64,000 nucleotides of DNA from a bacterium (GCA_965202605.1 OZ241838.1:1647817-1711816), one strand, 5' to 3'. Positions 36,885 through 46,627 are shown, counted from the first letter of the stretch. The notes: generated from the sequence alone by a model not told the origin. Numbers and translations: made by a program.

Positions 36885-37871
36885 TTACCTGATGGCGATC
36901 GGCCGCGCCGGCGACCCCGTCGCCCCCTTGAAACGAATGGGCGTGTGAATGAAGAGGAACTCGTAGACGCCGTCCCCCGAAAGTTCGTCCAGGTTCATGT
37001 TCTCGAGGTTCCAGACGCCGTTCCGGGTAATCAGTTCCTGGTGAACCGGGAAGGCCTGGCTTAAATCGGGATTGGGCACCACTTCGGTGGTCCACTGGTC
37101 CGAGCCAATCATGGATGCCTTCTTCTCGACTACCCACCGGGCGACGGCCATCCCGATGCCGGGCGGGGCGGCGTTGTACTTGCCGGGGTCGCTCCAGTGC
37201 CGCGCCCAACCGTAGCGGAAGAAATAGGCGTCTCCGGGTTCGAGACTGTCCTCCGCGATACCCTGCCGCGTGAGGGCACCCCGGACGTCCTCCACCGTTA
37301 CCTCGTAGCTGTGGTCTAGAGACTCCACGCCTTTGTACGCGGCCACGTCCACGAGGATGCCGCGGGTCAAGAAGGGCTTGACGTGCTCTACGCCCAGCTG
37401 TACGAGGCCGTAGGGTCCCTTGATCTCCTCATTAGTAAACCCGTTGTAGAAGACGTCCTTCTCCGAGCCGTCCGCCATCTTGAGCCGCTCTCCGATGTGA
37501 CCGGGCCCGTCAAACTGGGTGCCCACCTGGCCGATCTCGGCGACCAGGAACTCGTCGTAATAGATCAGGTTGTTGGATCCCATGGGCGCTCCTGAGGGAG
37601 AACCGGGGATGACCATGGAATAGGTCCGCTGCCCGAATAGGGGCATGTCCGCGGTGTACACCTGGCCGATTTCGTAGATCTGGCCCGTCTTGACCAGCGT
37701 AAGCGACTTCAACACTTTCTCGGGCGTAATCCAGTTGGAGCCTCCGGCCTGGTCGTCCTTGCCCCAGATGGGATGAGGCCACCACGGACCTTCTTCACGC
37801 GTCTGCGAGGCGGCCGGGAGTGCGAAAACGGCGGCGAGCAAGAATATGGGGGCGAACCTGGCGATTCTCAT
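36885..37871 (-). CDS. Cyclase-family protein (kynurenine formamidase-like fold), secreted.
   Basis: Signal peptide MRIARFAPIFLLAAVFALPAAS and cyclase-family motifs. GGAGG with a 7-nt spacer precedes the ATG at 37871 (the track start at 38012 is probably too long). Confidence 0.75.
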   Translation of the reverse strand: MRIARFAPIFLLAAVFALPAASQTREEGPWWPHPIWGKDDQAGGSNWITPEKVLKSLTLVKTGQIYEIGQVYTADMPLFGQRTYSMVIPGSPSGAPMGSNNLIYYDEFLVAEIGQVGTQFDGPGHIGERLKMADGSEKDVFYNGFTNEEIKGPYGLVQLGVEHVKPFLTRGILVDVAAYKGVESLDHSYEVTVEDVRGALTRQGIAEDSLEPGDAYFFRYGWARHWSDPGKYNAAPPGIGMAVARWVVEKKASMIGSDQWTTEVVPNPDLSQAFPVHQELITRNGVWNLENMNLDELSGDGVYEFLFIHTPIRFKGATGSPARPIAIR

Positions 37872-37953
37872 TTGAGTACCTCCTGAATGGTTTGGCGGGT
37901 TGGGCTTATCCCAGGGAAGCCAACTATGATTGTCGCGGGTAGTTTCCAGAATA

Positions 37954-38757
37954 TCAGTCGTAATTACTCTGTACATGCTCGCCCAATAGCCGGCGCTGTC
38001 GGTCCGTGGCACGCGACAGAATAGCCGGGTCGAACCGGAACCGGTTCAGGTAGGGCGGAAACTTCTGGGTGATCATGCGCTGGGCATAGTGGACCTGGAG
38101 CAGGTAGCGCACCTGGTCGCTCGTGTTCGCCGTCCCGCGGTGCCAGACTTCGCAACGGAACAGGACCGCGTCCCCGGCCGAACAGAGTATGCTCCGGGGT
38201 TCGACGCCCCGCCAGGTGGACTCCCCACTGACGGGACGCCGGCCGGCGCGGTGGCTGCCGGGTATGAACTGCGTGGGCCCCAGGGCCTCGCACAGGTCGT
38301 CGAGATAGTAGTGGGCCGTGGTGATGTACACCGGCACCTTGACCCGCGGATCGTCCATGACGTCCTCCGGCAGTTCCAGCGGCTGCCAGTCCACGTGGAT
38401 GCCCTGGTCCGGCCGGCCCGGTCCCGTCATCCACGCCGTCATGCCGATGACGTGACAGTCCGCACCATGAGCGGCTTCGACTACATCGATGACGTCCGGG
38501 CGGTCCAGGCAGGACAGGAACACCGGGTCCCGGTTGAACACGTTGTTGATGGACTTGTTGAGAAAACCTTGAGACTCGGGTACAGTGTGCCGGTCGAATT
38601 CATCGGGACGGGCTTCCAGCCGGTCCATGGCGGCGCGCAGTGTCCCGATTTCCTCCTCCGAAAGCGCGCCCTGGAAATAGACGAATCCTTCGTCTTCCAG
38701 GGCTTCGACCCGCTGTTCCAGCGTATCTCGCGCGACCAGTTCCAGTTCCTCCGACAC
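37954..38757 (-). CDS. Phytanoyl-CoA dioxygenase (PhyH) family protein (third paralog in the window).
   Basis: PhyH motifs (HVDWQ, WHRGTANTS). Confidence 0.75.
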   Translation of the reverse strand: MSEELELVARDTLEQRVEALEDEGFVYFQGALSEEEIGTLRAAMDRLEARPDEFDRHTVPESQGFLNKSINNVFNRDPVFLSCLDRPDVIDVVEAAHGADCHVIGMTAWMTGPGRPDQGIHVDWQPLELPEDVMDDPRVKVPVYITTAHYYLDDLCEALGPTQFIPGSHRAGRRPVSGESTWRGVEPRSILCSAGDAVLFRCEVWHRGTANTSDQVRYLLQVHYAQRMITQKFPPYLNRFRFDPAILSRATDRQRRLLGEHVQSNYD

Positions 38758-38768
38758 GGTCGAACCCC

Positions 38769-39218
38769 TCAGGAACGCTCGAATTCGGGCAGTTCCGACA
38801 GAAAGTGGAATCCACCGCCGGCCCTGTGTTCACAGCAGAAGTGCGTCCTGCCGTTGGTAGCCACCAGATACCGGGCCTGGATGACCGAATTGTATCGGGC
38901 CAATTGCTCGAAGACGGCTTCCGTCACGCGGACCTCCGGCGCCTTGCATTCGCCCATCAGGACCGGCCGCCCTTGCAGGTCGTGCATGATTACATCGGCG
39001 CGAACGGCCGTGCCGGCATACTGGAAACCCTTTTCAACCGCCGCGTATCCGGCCGGGAATCCCCGGTCTTCGACCAGGTAGCGCACCAGGTGCTGACGGA
39101 CCCATTCTTCGGGCGTAAGTCGGACGAAACGGCGCCGGATCCCGTCGAAAATGACCCTGCGCCCCGCGTCGTCCGAATCGATTTCGAAAGCGTATTCCGG
39201 GAAATTCAGCCGTTGCAT
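38769..39218 (-). CDS. Standalone type I restriction enzyme HsdR N-terminal-domain-like protein (PD-(D/E)xK fold), 149 aa.
   Basis: LTPEEWVRQHLVRYLVEDRGFP and the ECK motif are typical of small HsdR_N domain proteins. Confidence 0.6.
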   Translation of the reverse strand: MQRLNFPEYAFEIDSDDAGRRVIFDGIRRRFVRLTPEEWVRQHLVRYLVEDRGFPAGYAAVEKGFQYAGTAVRADVIMHDLQGRPVLMGECKAPEVRVTEAVFEQLARYNSVIQARYLVATNGRTHFCCEHRAGGGFHFLSELPEFERS

Positions 39219-39281
39219 GATGCAGACGCTCGGGACTCGAAGACCGCGTTCACTGGCAGCGGGACCTGGCCAGGGCGGCGC

Positions 39282-40235
39282 CTAATCGGGACAGTGCCCC
39301 GTTTCGATCCAGTCCACCAGCCTGATGGTATGTATGACGTCGCGCAGATCGCTGACGGGGACGGTCCGGTTACGGATGGAATCCACGAAATGCTCGTGCA
39401 TGGCGAGCGTGCCTTCGTAGGTGGGCGTATCTTCCGCGTCGTCGCCGTCGATCTCCCATCCCTGCATTACGGTCCGCTGGTCGTCCTCGTGGATGTCGAC
39501 TTCCTCGGGCAGTTTCATGTAGCAGCCGATGCCCACGCCGTGCAGCTCCGCGCTCAACACCCGGCCGCCGGAGGCGCGGTTTCCGAATACGACACCCGTG
39601 GCCCCGCCGGCGAAACGGACCAGCGCCGTGTAGTGATTCCAATCGACCGAATCGAATTTGTCGCGGTAGCGGGTGACCTCGACGGGCTCGCCGCCCACCA
39701 TGTAACGCAGCAGGTCCACCACGTGGGTCACGTCGTCCCACAGGGTCGTGGAGTACCCGGGCTTGTCGAACAGCATTTTCTTGTTGAAGGTGGTCACGGC
39801 GAGGGAGACCGGCCCTCTTGCGCGCACGCGCCGCATGGCTTCACGGACGACCGAAGTAAAACGTCGCTGGTATCCCACCATGGCGTACACGTCGTGTTCC
39901 ACGGCCGCGTCCAGCAGCTGCCGCGTCTCCCCGCTGTCCTTCCCGGGGGGTTTCTCGATAAACACGTGCTTGCCCGCGCGCAGACAGTCGAGAGCGGGCT
40001 GGAGCAGCCATTTCTCGTGCATTACGCAGTAGACCACGTCCAGTTCCACCTCGGACAGCATGGCGCGGTGGTTTGTATAGACGTGGGGGAAGTCGTAGCG
40101 CTCGGTAACCTGCTTCAGGCGCGTCTCGTCCAGTTCGCACACGGCCGTCATTTCGACGTCCGGCAACCGTTCGACCGCCGGATAGTGGGCGCTCTGGGAA
40201 CGGCCTCCGGCACCTATGAAGCCTGCACGCAACAT
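39282..40235 (-). CDS. Gfo/Idh/MocA-family oxidoreductase.
   Basis: LRAGFIGAGGRSQSAHYP Rossmann motif. AGGAGG RBS 5 nt before the ATG. Confidence 0.85.
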   Translation of the reverse strand: MLRAGFIGAGGRSQSAHYPAVERLPDVEMTAVCELDETRLKQVTERYDFPHVYTNHRAMLSEVELDVVYCVMHEKWLLQPALDCLRAGKHVFIEKPPGKDSGETRQLLDAAVEHDVYAMVGYQRRFTSVVREAMRRVRARGPVSLAVTTFNKKMLFDKPGYSTTLWDDVTHVVDLLRYMVGGEPVEVTRYRDKFDSVDWNHYTALVRFAGGATGVVFGNRASGGRVLSAELHGVGIGCYMKLPEEVDIHEDDQRTVMQGWEIDGDDAEDTPTYEGTLAMHEHFVDSIRNRTVPVSDLRDVIHTIRLVDWIETGHCPD

Positions 40236-40323
40236 GAAGACCTCCTGTTGGATACCTGCCCGGCTACGCAGTCGGGCTTTCCGAATCAGTGTATCGCCAG
40301 GTCAATCGATCCGACCCGTCCGT

Positions 40324-41829
40324 CTATTTCAAATACTGGTTCATGGCGCCCCGCCGGTGGTCGAACCCGGGGGCGTGACTCCACGTGTGTCCGTGCCTGG
40401 TCATGTTATCCCGGATCAGACGCCGCCGGTACAGGCTGGCCAGGTTTTCATCCGCGATGGCATCCGGGTCGAACCGGTCGAGGATCCGGTCGCGAAGACG
40501 CGCTTCCACCTGCCCGTACGCGCCGTCGCCGGAGAGATTATGCCATTCGCCCGGATCGTTGTCCAGATCAAAAAGACGGGGCTCGAAACCGTGCATGTAA
40601 TGGTACTTGTACCGGCCCTGCCTCGCCATGATGCAGGGCATGCCCACGGCTTCGTGCGCCTGAGCGAACACCACGCGGTCCGCATCGTCCAAGGAGGCGG
40701 CCGACACGAGGCTGCCGCCGTCGTGGGGAAGCCGGTCGTCAACGCCCGCGAGGTCGCAGAAAGTAGGCAGAAGATCGATCAGCGACACGGGATGGGGACA
40801 GGCCGTACCCGCCCTCCATCCATCCGGGAAGCGAACGATGAGAGGCACGCGGCAGGACCACTCGTAGAAACACCGTTTCTGTACCATGCCCCGTTCGCAC
40901 AGCATATCGCCGTGGTCGCTGGCGAAGACCACCACGGTGTTTTCCGCCAGTCCGGTTTCGTCGAGCACGTCCAGCAGGCCGCCGACTTTCTCGTCCATGT
41001 AGCTCACCAGCGCGTAGTAGGCGCGGCGAAGCCGGTAGAGACCCTCTTCGTTCCGCAGGTCGTAACGCCCTGTACCGTGGTAGGCGTTCAGGTTCAGGTC
41101 CATCATGGAGTAGGTTTCATCCAGGTCGCCGGGGAAGGTGGGCAGGTCGATCTCGGCGCCTTCGTACAGGTTCCAGTACGCCTCGGGCGGCCAGAACGGT
41201 TCGTGGGGATGATGGTAGGACGCGCAGAGCAGGAAAGGGCCGTCCTCCCCGCCGGACTTCCTGGCCCGCAGGTATTCGATGGCGCGGAAATGGGTCTCCT
41301 CGTCGTAGCTCAGGGCGTCGTGCCAGACACCGATGCGCACGCCGTCGCCCGTATATCCGGCCGCATTGTAGGCGGGCCGGTTGGCCATTACCTGCTCGCA
41401 GTCTCTCCCTCCGGTCTCTTTCAGGCGGATCCATTCCGGCTTAACCCAGTTGAAATCAGAAGAGTAGATATCGGTAGTCAGCCGTTTTCTGAAGCCGTGC
41501 AGTTGATCCGGACCGATGAAGTGCATCTTGCCGGACAGCACCGTATCGTAACCCGCCTCGGACAGGTAATGTGCGAAGGTCGGCTGGTCCGCGGCAAGCA
41601 GCGCGCCGTTGTCCCAGGCACCGATTTCAGAGGCGTGCCGCCCCGTCATCAGACAGGCCCGGCCGGGTGCGCAGAGCGGAAAGGCGGTGTAGGCGGCATC
41701 GTATCGTATGCCCGTCTCAACCAGCCTGTCCAGGTGCGGCGTCCGTACCACGGGATGGCCGTAGGCCCCGGTCAATGCGGCGACCATCTGGTCGGAAATG
41801 ATCAGGAGGATGTTGGGCTGGTCGGCCAT
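40324..41829 (-). CDS. Sulfatase (choline-sulfatase-like).
   Basis: ILLIISDQ and FPLCAPGRACLMTGRH (the C-x-P-x-R formylglycine motif). Start at MADQPNILLI is preferred over the track start at 41862. Confidence 0.85.
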   Translation of the reverse strand: MADQPNILLIISDQMVAALTGAYGHPVVRTPHLDRLVETGIRYDAAYTAFPLCAPGRACLMTGRHASEIGAWDNGALLAADQPTFAHYLSEAGYDTVLSGKMHFIGPDQLHGFRKRLTTDIYSSDFNWVKPEWIRLKETGGRDCEQVMANRPAYNAAGYTGDGVRIGVWHDALSYDEETHFRAIEYLRARKSGGEDGPFLLCASYHHPHEPFWPPEAYWNLYEGAEIDLPTFPGDLDETYSMMDLNLNAYHGTGRYDLRNEEGLYRLRRAYYALVSYMDEKVGGLLDVLDETGLAENTVVVFASDHGDMLCERGMVQKRCFYEWSCRVPLIVRFPDGWRAGTACPHPVSLIDLLPTFCDLAGVDDRLPHDGGSLVSAASLDDADRVVFAQAHEAVGMPCIMARQGRYKYHYMHGFEPRLFDLDNDPGEWHNLSGDGAYGQVEARLRDRILDRFDPDAIADENLASLYRRRLIRDNMTRHGHTWSHAPGFDHRRGAMNQYLK

Positions 41830-41869
41830 GACGCTCCCGAGTGGCCGTGCGGGTGGGTCCACAACGGGA

Positions 41870-42718
41870 TTACCGCTGTCGGCGGCCTCCGCGCCGGGCG
41901 GACGCCCCGGTTTCGAACGACACGTTTTGCGTCATGGAGACGAGCGGTACCACGGACATCAACGCGGCTAGGGCGCCGATCGGCCCGCCGATCATCAGCA
42001 GCAGGCCGAAATCCCGGGGGGGACCACTGGCGACGGCGGCCAGCGGAACAGAGATCAAGAGGGTGGCAAGACCGGCCAGAAGCAAGAAGGGCAGGGCCCG
42101 CGACATCCCGGTCCGCACCGAGTGGACGACGGATTCCCGCCGCGCGGCTTCCATCTGAAGCCGAACCTGGCTGTAGCCCAGAAAGGCCATCACGACCGCC
42201 ACGGCCCCGACCGCCATGAGCGCAAGGATACTCGAAACCGAAATCCGATCGACCAGGCCAAAGGTTATTCCCGCCGTGACGATCATGGCGTACAGCGCGC
42301 TGCCCATGGCTGTAACGGCGAATCGGGCGCCCACGCGCAACGACAGGTAGAGCGTGATGATCATGATGCCGAGCATCATCCCGTTCCATTCTCCCAGCCA
42401 GTCAATCGACCGGGCAAAAGGGAGCAGCAGCCGCACGATACTTCCGGCCGCCAGTACCCCCAGGGTCAGCGCGATGCTCTTGCCGGGCCGGTCGTCGACC
42501 CGCGCGCCGACGATGACCAGAACGATCAGCATGATCAGGAAAAGTCCGTAGAGCAAATCGCCGGACAACAACAGCGTCACCAGACCGTCGGTAACGGTAT
42601 GTTCCGCCTTCATCGCGGTGGCGGCGATCCCCGCCGCGGCCAGCAACACGGCGACGGCGTAGACCAGCCCGGGCCTGTCGATCAGGTTTCCATACCATGC
42701 GGCCAGTTTGTTTGCCAT
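41870..42718 (-). CDS. secF: Protein-export membrane protein SecF.
   Basis: SecF-like TM topology following SecD, with an ATGA overlap to the secD stop. The track N-terminal extension to 43090 is rejected. Confidence 0.75.
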   Translation of the reverse strand: MANKLAAWYGNLIDRPGLVYAVAVLLAAAGIAATAMKAEHTVTDGLVTLLLSGDLLYGLFLIMLIVLVIVGARVDDRPGKSIALTLGVLAAGSIVRLLLPFARSIDWLGEWNGMMLGIMIITLYLSLRVGARFAVTAMGSALYAMIVTAGITFGLVDRISVSSILALMAVGAVAVVMAFLGYSQVRLQMEAARRESVVHSVRTGMSRALPFLLLAGLATLLISVPLAAVASGPPRDFGLLLMIGGPIGALAALMSVVPLVSMTQNVSFETGASARRGGRRQR

Positions 42719-44403
42719 CACACACTCAACTTCCTGATCTGCCAGTCCGTCACCAGGGAGGACAGGAGCATGTTCGTCCAGAGGAAAGAGGTCAGCAGGC
42801 TGCCGGCCGCGCCGGAAAACAGCACGAGGCCGAAATTGACGAGTCCGTCGGTGCCGACCGCGACCAGGCTCACCGAAACGAGCAGCAGCATGACGTGGAC
42901 CCAGACGAGGACCGGTCTGCACTTCTCGAGCGCCATCATTACACCCTGCCGGACCGAGGACTCCGCACCGGACTCCGCCCGCAGGTATTCGAACATCCAG
43001 AGATGGACCGTGGTGAAAACGAGAAACGCGCCGAGGAAACCTGCCGCGCCGGCGAGCGTGAAGTACGGCGCGATTCCGGCAATGTTCCAAAGCCTGAGCA
43101 CGGCGCCCGTCACGATCAGATGGTACAGTATGCCCACCAGGAATACCACACCGGCGGCCCGGTACCGGATCAGCACCATGGCGCCGAGCAGTCCCAGGCT
43201 GATCGCCGCGGCGGCGGCCGCGCCGTCCACGACATCCTCGCCGTAGGGCGACGGCGAAGCCACTGCCGCCTGATCCAGGAGCGTCACGGCCACGGGAGGC
43301 GACTCGGATTCCAGGATGGCCGCCAGGGCGCGCGCCTCTTCAAGGGTGTCGCCGCCCGGTATCTCTATGCGTCCGTCGGGTATCCTGCCCTGGATGTTCA
43401 GCGTCACGTAAACCTGCCCGTTCATTTTGATGGCCAGGCGGTTGCCCGCATTGGCGCTGGACAGGTTGGCCAGGCTTTCGCGGCCCTCGTCCTCCAGGAA
43501 AAGGCGTACTGCGTAGGCGCCCCGGTCAGCCGTAACCGATGCGTCACTGATTACGGCCGAAGCCAGGGGCTGTACGTTCAGGTCGACATCCTGGTTGATA
43601 AAGTAAAGCGGATAGTATGCGCTACCGCCGCGTTCCACCGGCTCGGAAGCCCAGGCGAAGGCACCGGCGGGGGGATTCGCCAGGTTGAAGGCCCTTATGG
43701 CGGCCCGCACCGTAGAATCGGCCAGTATGGCCCGTACGGCTTCTACGTTGTCTTCCCTTACGGCGATGTCCCCTATCCCTTCTTCCACCGTGATACTGGC
43801 GAGCAACGCGCTCAGTCCAGCCGGTCCGTCCGATCCAGCCGGTCCGCCCGATCCAGCCGGTTCCGGTACGTCCGGTTCCGGCCCGTCCGATCCAGCCGGT
43901 TCCGGCCCGTCCGATCCAGCCGGTTCCGGTCCGTCCCGTCCGACCGTTTCCGAACCGCCCGAACCGCCGGACGCTGGCGATGCCCTTTCAAGCACGGCAT
44001 CGTCTATACGCTGTCGTAACGCCTGTACTTCCGCGCCGTCCTTAAACAGATGCAGCGTAATCTCCCCGGAATCCTGAATCATGCCGCCTACGAGACCGGT
44101 ATCCGCGCTCAACGGCACGACGATATCGAAGGTGTCCTCTGACCGCGCGGTAACAACGGATTCCGAAATCCCGAAGGCGTTCAGGCGCCGGCGCCAGGTC
44201 TCGACCAGGCTCGCCACCGCCCGCATCCTGCCCCTTTCCGTGTACCGGGAGACATCCACGCCGGCGGCAAGCCGGTACCCGCCCGCCAGATCGATGCCCG
44301 GGACGGTGGACCGGCTGTACAACGCTTTCCGTTCGGCTGGCGAGAGCTTTTCGAGGGTTTCGGAAGACGACACCCACAACCTGACGGTAGGGAAGACAAG
44401 CAT
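42718..44403 (-). CDS. secD: Protein-export membrane protein SecD, with a repetitive Gly/Pro/Asp-rich insert; start codon uncertain.
   Basis: SecD periplasmic and TM domains. The upstream in-frame sequence ...KRISFLVFLAVTLLGG before M(44403) looks like the missing N-terminal TM helix, but it has no ATG/GTG/TTG start. Confidence 0.75.
   Translation of the reverse strand: MLVFPTVRLWVSSSETLEKLSPAERKALYSRSTVPGIDLAGGYRLAAGVDVSRYTERGRMRAVASLVETWRRRLNAFGISESVVTARSEDTFDIVVPLSADTGLVGGMIQDSGEITLHLFKDGAEVQALRQRIDDAVLERASPASGGSGGSETVGRDGPEPAGSDGPEPAGSDGPEPDVPEPAGSGGPAGSDGPAGLSALLASITVEEGIGDIAVREDNVEAVRAILADSTVRAAIRAFNLANPPAGAFAWASEPVERGGSAYYPLYFINQDVDLNVQPLASAVISDASVTADRGAYAVRLFLEDEGRESLANLSSANAGNRLAIKMNGQVYVTLNIQGRIPDGRIEIPGGDTLEEARALAAILESESPPVAVTLLDQAAVASPSPYGEDVVDGAAAAAAISLGLLGAMVLIRYRAAGVVFLVGILYHLIVTGAVLRLWNIAGIAPYFTLAGAAGFLGAFLVFTTVHLWMFEYLRAESGAESSVRQGVMMALEKCRPVLVWVHVMLLLVSVSLVAVGTDGLVNFGLVLFSGAAGSLLTSFLWTNMLLSSLVTDWQIRKLSV
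43800..43990. repeat. In-frame tandem repeats (ccagccggtccg/ccgatccagccgg units) inside secD, encoding GPEPAGSDGPEPAGSDGPEP...
   Basis: Directly visible 12-15-bp repeat units; they translate to a low-complexity linker. Confidence 0.8.
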
Positions 44404-44584
44404 TCCGCCCAGCAGGGTTACGGCGAGAAAAACCAGGAAAGAAATACGTTTGTGGATGGCAGTTTCCTTTCGATACCACGGCCGGTGTGGCGTGCGACGC
44501 CGGTGGCCGGTCTACCGGTCTGATTCAATGCCGCGACCGACGGCTCCGTCAGGAGCCCTGTGGCGTGCGATGCCGACGGCCGGC

Positions 44585-45343
44585 CTACCAGTCCATCGGT
44601 GGACGGGGCACGTGGCGGATGATGTCGACCAGGTCCCGGACGGACCGTTCAAACCCGATGGTCATCGCCCGCACGGCAACGGCATAACCCACGACCATTT
44701 CCTCCACGTCCCCTATGCCCGCCAGATCCGCCGCCGTCAGGTAATCGATACCCCGGCCGACGGAGACACCCATGTTCAGCCGCGCCGCCGTCTTTGCCGC
44801 GCCGGCCATTTCTTCGAATACCCGGCTTTTCTCCTCGGTGTCGGCGGCCTGAACGTATCGGCTCGCGTCAATATGCACGTAATCCGTCTTGATCTCGGCG
44901 CATTGCCGGACGTGCGTCGCAGTGGGCCTGATCAATATGTTCGTCAGGATCCGGTTTTCCTGCAGCGCCCTGGTCATGCGTTCGACCGGCCGTTCCAGGG
45001 AATCGGCTTCGGGCCAGGGTGAATCGAACCATTCGTTGTTCAGGCCCGTATGCCCGTAGCCCAACGGAACAAGAGTAACCATATCGGGCGAAATCGTCAA
45101 GATACTCTGCAGCAGTTCCAGGTCCGGGGGAGCGATGACGTTCAGGTGGGTGTGCACGAGCCGCCGGATGATGTCGTACTCCCCGCCCAGGTAGAGCGAA
45201 GCGTCGGAGGCCCACGAAATCGTTACGGCGTCCGCCCCGCTCACCTGCGACATCATGACCGCGGTCATGGGATCGGGCTCTCCGCGTTTCGTCATGTTTC
45301 GCAGGGCGGCGACCTGGTCTACGCATACACTCAGTTTTATCAT
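44585..45343 (-). CDS. pdxJ: Pyridoxine 5'-phosphate synthase.
   Basis: MIKLSVCVDQVAALRN N-terminus and TIM-barrel PdxJ motifs. Confidence 0.85.
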   Translation of the reverse strand: MIKLSVCVDQVAALRNMTKRGEPDPMTAVMMSQVSGADAVTISWASDASLYLGGEYDIIRRLVHTHLNVIAPPDLELLQSILTISPDMVTLVPLGYGHTGLNNEWFDSPWPEADSLERPVERMTRALQENRILTNILIRPTATHVRQCAEIKTDYVHIDASRYVQAADTEEKSRVFEEMAGAAKTAARLNMGVSVGRGIDYLTAADLAGIGDVEEMVVGYAVAVRAMTIGFERSVRDLVDIIRHVPRPPMDW

Positions 45344-45359
45344 GTGTGAAGCTCCGGTG

Positions 45360-46616
45360 TCAGTTGTCCAAAAGGTCGGAAACCCGGACGAATTCGATGC
45401 CCCTCGTTTCAAGGTGGGCCATCTGGGTCGTCAGAACCTGAAACGTATGGGGCCGTGCATCGGCGATGACGATCGCGTGGGCGTTTTCCAGGGCCGAAAG
45501 CGACGCGCGGTCCAGGTTCATGGATATGATCACGGGATTGTAAACGGGATCGAGGACGCCCCAGGCACGAAGCCGGCCGTGTCCGTCGTCCGGATTCTCC
45601 GGACCGGCGGACGATTCCTCTGCTCCCCGGGCGTCCAGGAAGTACTTGCCCCGCTCGCCCAACTCGTCCAGTACGGGGGCCAGTGCTTCGGCTGCATTGT
45701 CCATGCGGCCGCCACGGTATCCCAACACCCCACCGGCCATGGAAAGCGATGCGAGGGCATCTTCCACGATGCGGCGGTTGGTCTGTTCCGAATGGGTAGC
45801 CAGCACGGATCTCCGGCGGGTGATGGCGCGTGTGAAGGACTTCGGTTGCACGGGGAGCAACGCAATCACCTCGTGGTCGCCGCGGTCGCCGCGGTCTCCG
45901 CGGTTTCCGCGGGTGATGTCCCTGGCTATATCGTCCACACCGGATGCCCAGGGCAACAGGGCGAAAGTGATGGGGCGGGTGGATTCCGCCAGTTTTTCGA
46001 CCACGCCGCGGTGATTCCCGTCCGTATAGGCGATCACTACCGCCAGACGGGCTGTTTTTCTCTGAAGGGCGGCAGCGCGGGTTATGTAGAGGTGATGCGT
46101 AACCTTGCCGTTGTGGGCGATTTCGAGCAATAACTCCCGGGTCCTGCTCCGTTCCGCCGCCTGGACGACTGTGCCGCCCGCCCGCGCGACCGCCCTGGCG
46201 ATCTCGAGATTGCATTCCGTGAGCGAATAGGCGCCCGAAACGATGATACGACGCTCAACAGGCGTCCACTGCCCCTCACGGGTCATCGCGCGCGGCTTCG
46301 TTTCTCGTATTCTGCCGGGCGGCACCTGCAGATTGATCAGCGCGGCGTAAAGGGCCGAATCCAGCGCGTAATATGCCTGCTGATCGGACTTGAAGGCGGC
46401 AGTTCTCGTAAATTCCGGAAAGGAAACGGGCCGGGGCCGGTCCAGCGCCCAGTCCACGACCGCCCGCGCCTGGTGCTCAAACAGCGATATCCACAGCGCG
46501 AAGCCCAGGAGGACCACTACGGCCGCTCCCAGACCCGCGTACTGGAAATAGCGCCGCCGTTGGTTCTTTTCGTTCATCAACCGCAGCCTGGCCGAATGTG
46601 AGTATCGAAAGCGCAT
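45360..46616 (-). CDS. Divergent polysaccharide deacetylase-family protein (YibQ-like), membrane-anchored.
   Basis: N-terminal TM segment plus the divergent PDA fold. Contains a GNRGDRGDRGD repeat. An alternative start at 46577 is possible. Confidence 0.65.
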   Translation of the reverse strand: MRFRYSHSARLRLMNEKNQRRRYFQYAGLGAAVVVLLGFALWISLFEHQARAVVDWALDRPRPVSFPEFTRTAAFKSDQQAYYALDSALYAALINLQVPPGRIRETKPRAMTREGQWTPVERRIIVSGAYSLTECNLEIARAVARAGGTVVQAAERSRTRELLLEIAHNGKVTHHLYITRAAALQRKTARLAVVIAYTDGNHRGVVEKLAESTRPITFALLPWASGVDDIARDITRGNRGDRGDRGDHEVIALLPVQPKSFTRAITRRRSVLATHSEQTNRRIVEDALASLSMAGGVLGYRGGRMDNAAEALAPVLDELGERGKYFLDARGAEESSAGPENPDDGHGRLRAWGVLDPVYNPVIISMNLDRASLSALENAHAIVIADARPHTFQVLTTQMAHLETRGIEFVRVSDLLDN

Positions 46617-46627
46617 GGTGCCGTCTG

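Noticed and set aside
38640-42219. 663-aa and 667-aa plus-strand ORFs
   Set aside because: They are antisense to the HsdR_N, Gfo and sulfatase genes.
41870-43090. Long N-terminal extension (124 aa) of secF in the ORF track
   Set aside because: The extension is Arg/Gly/Pro-rich, overlaps secD out of frame, and the internal ATG at 42716 gives a canonical ATGA coupling to the secD stop.
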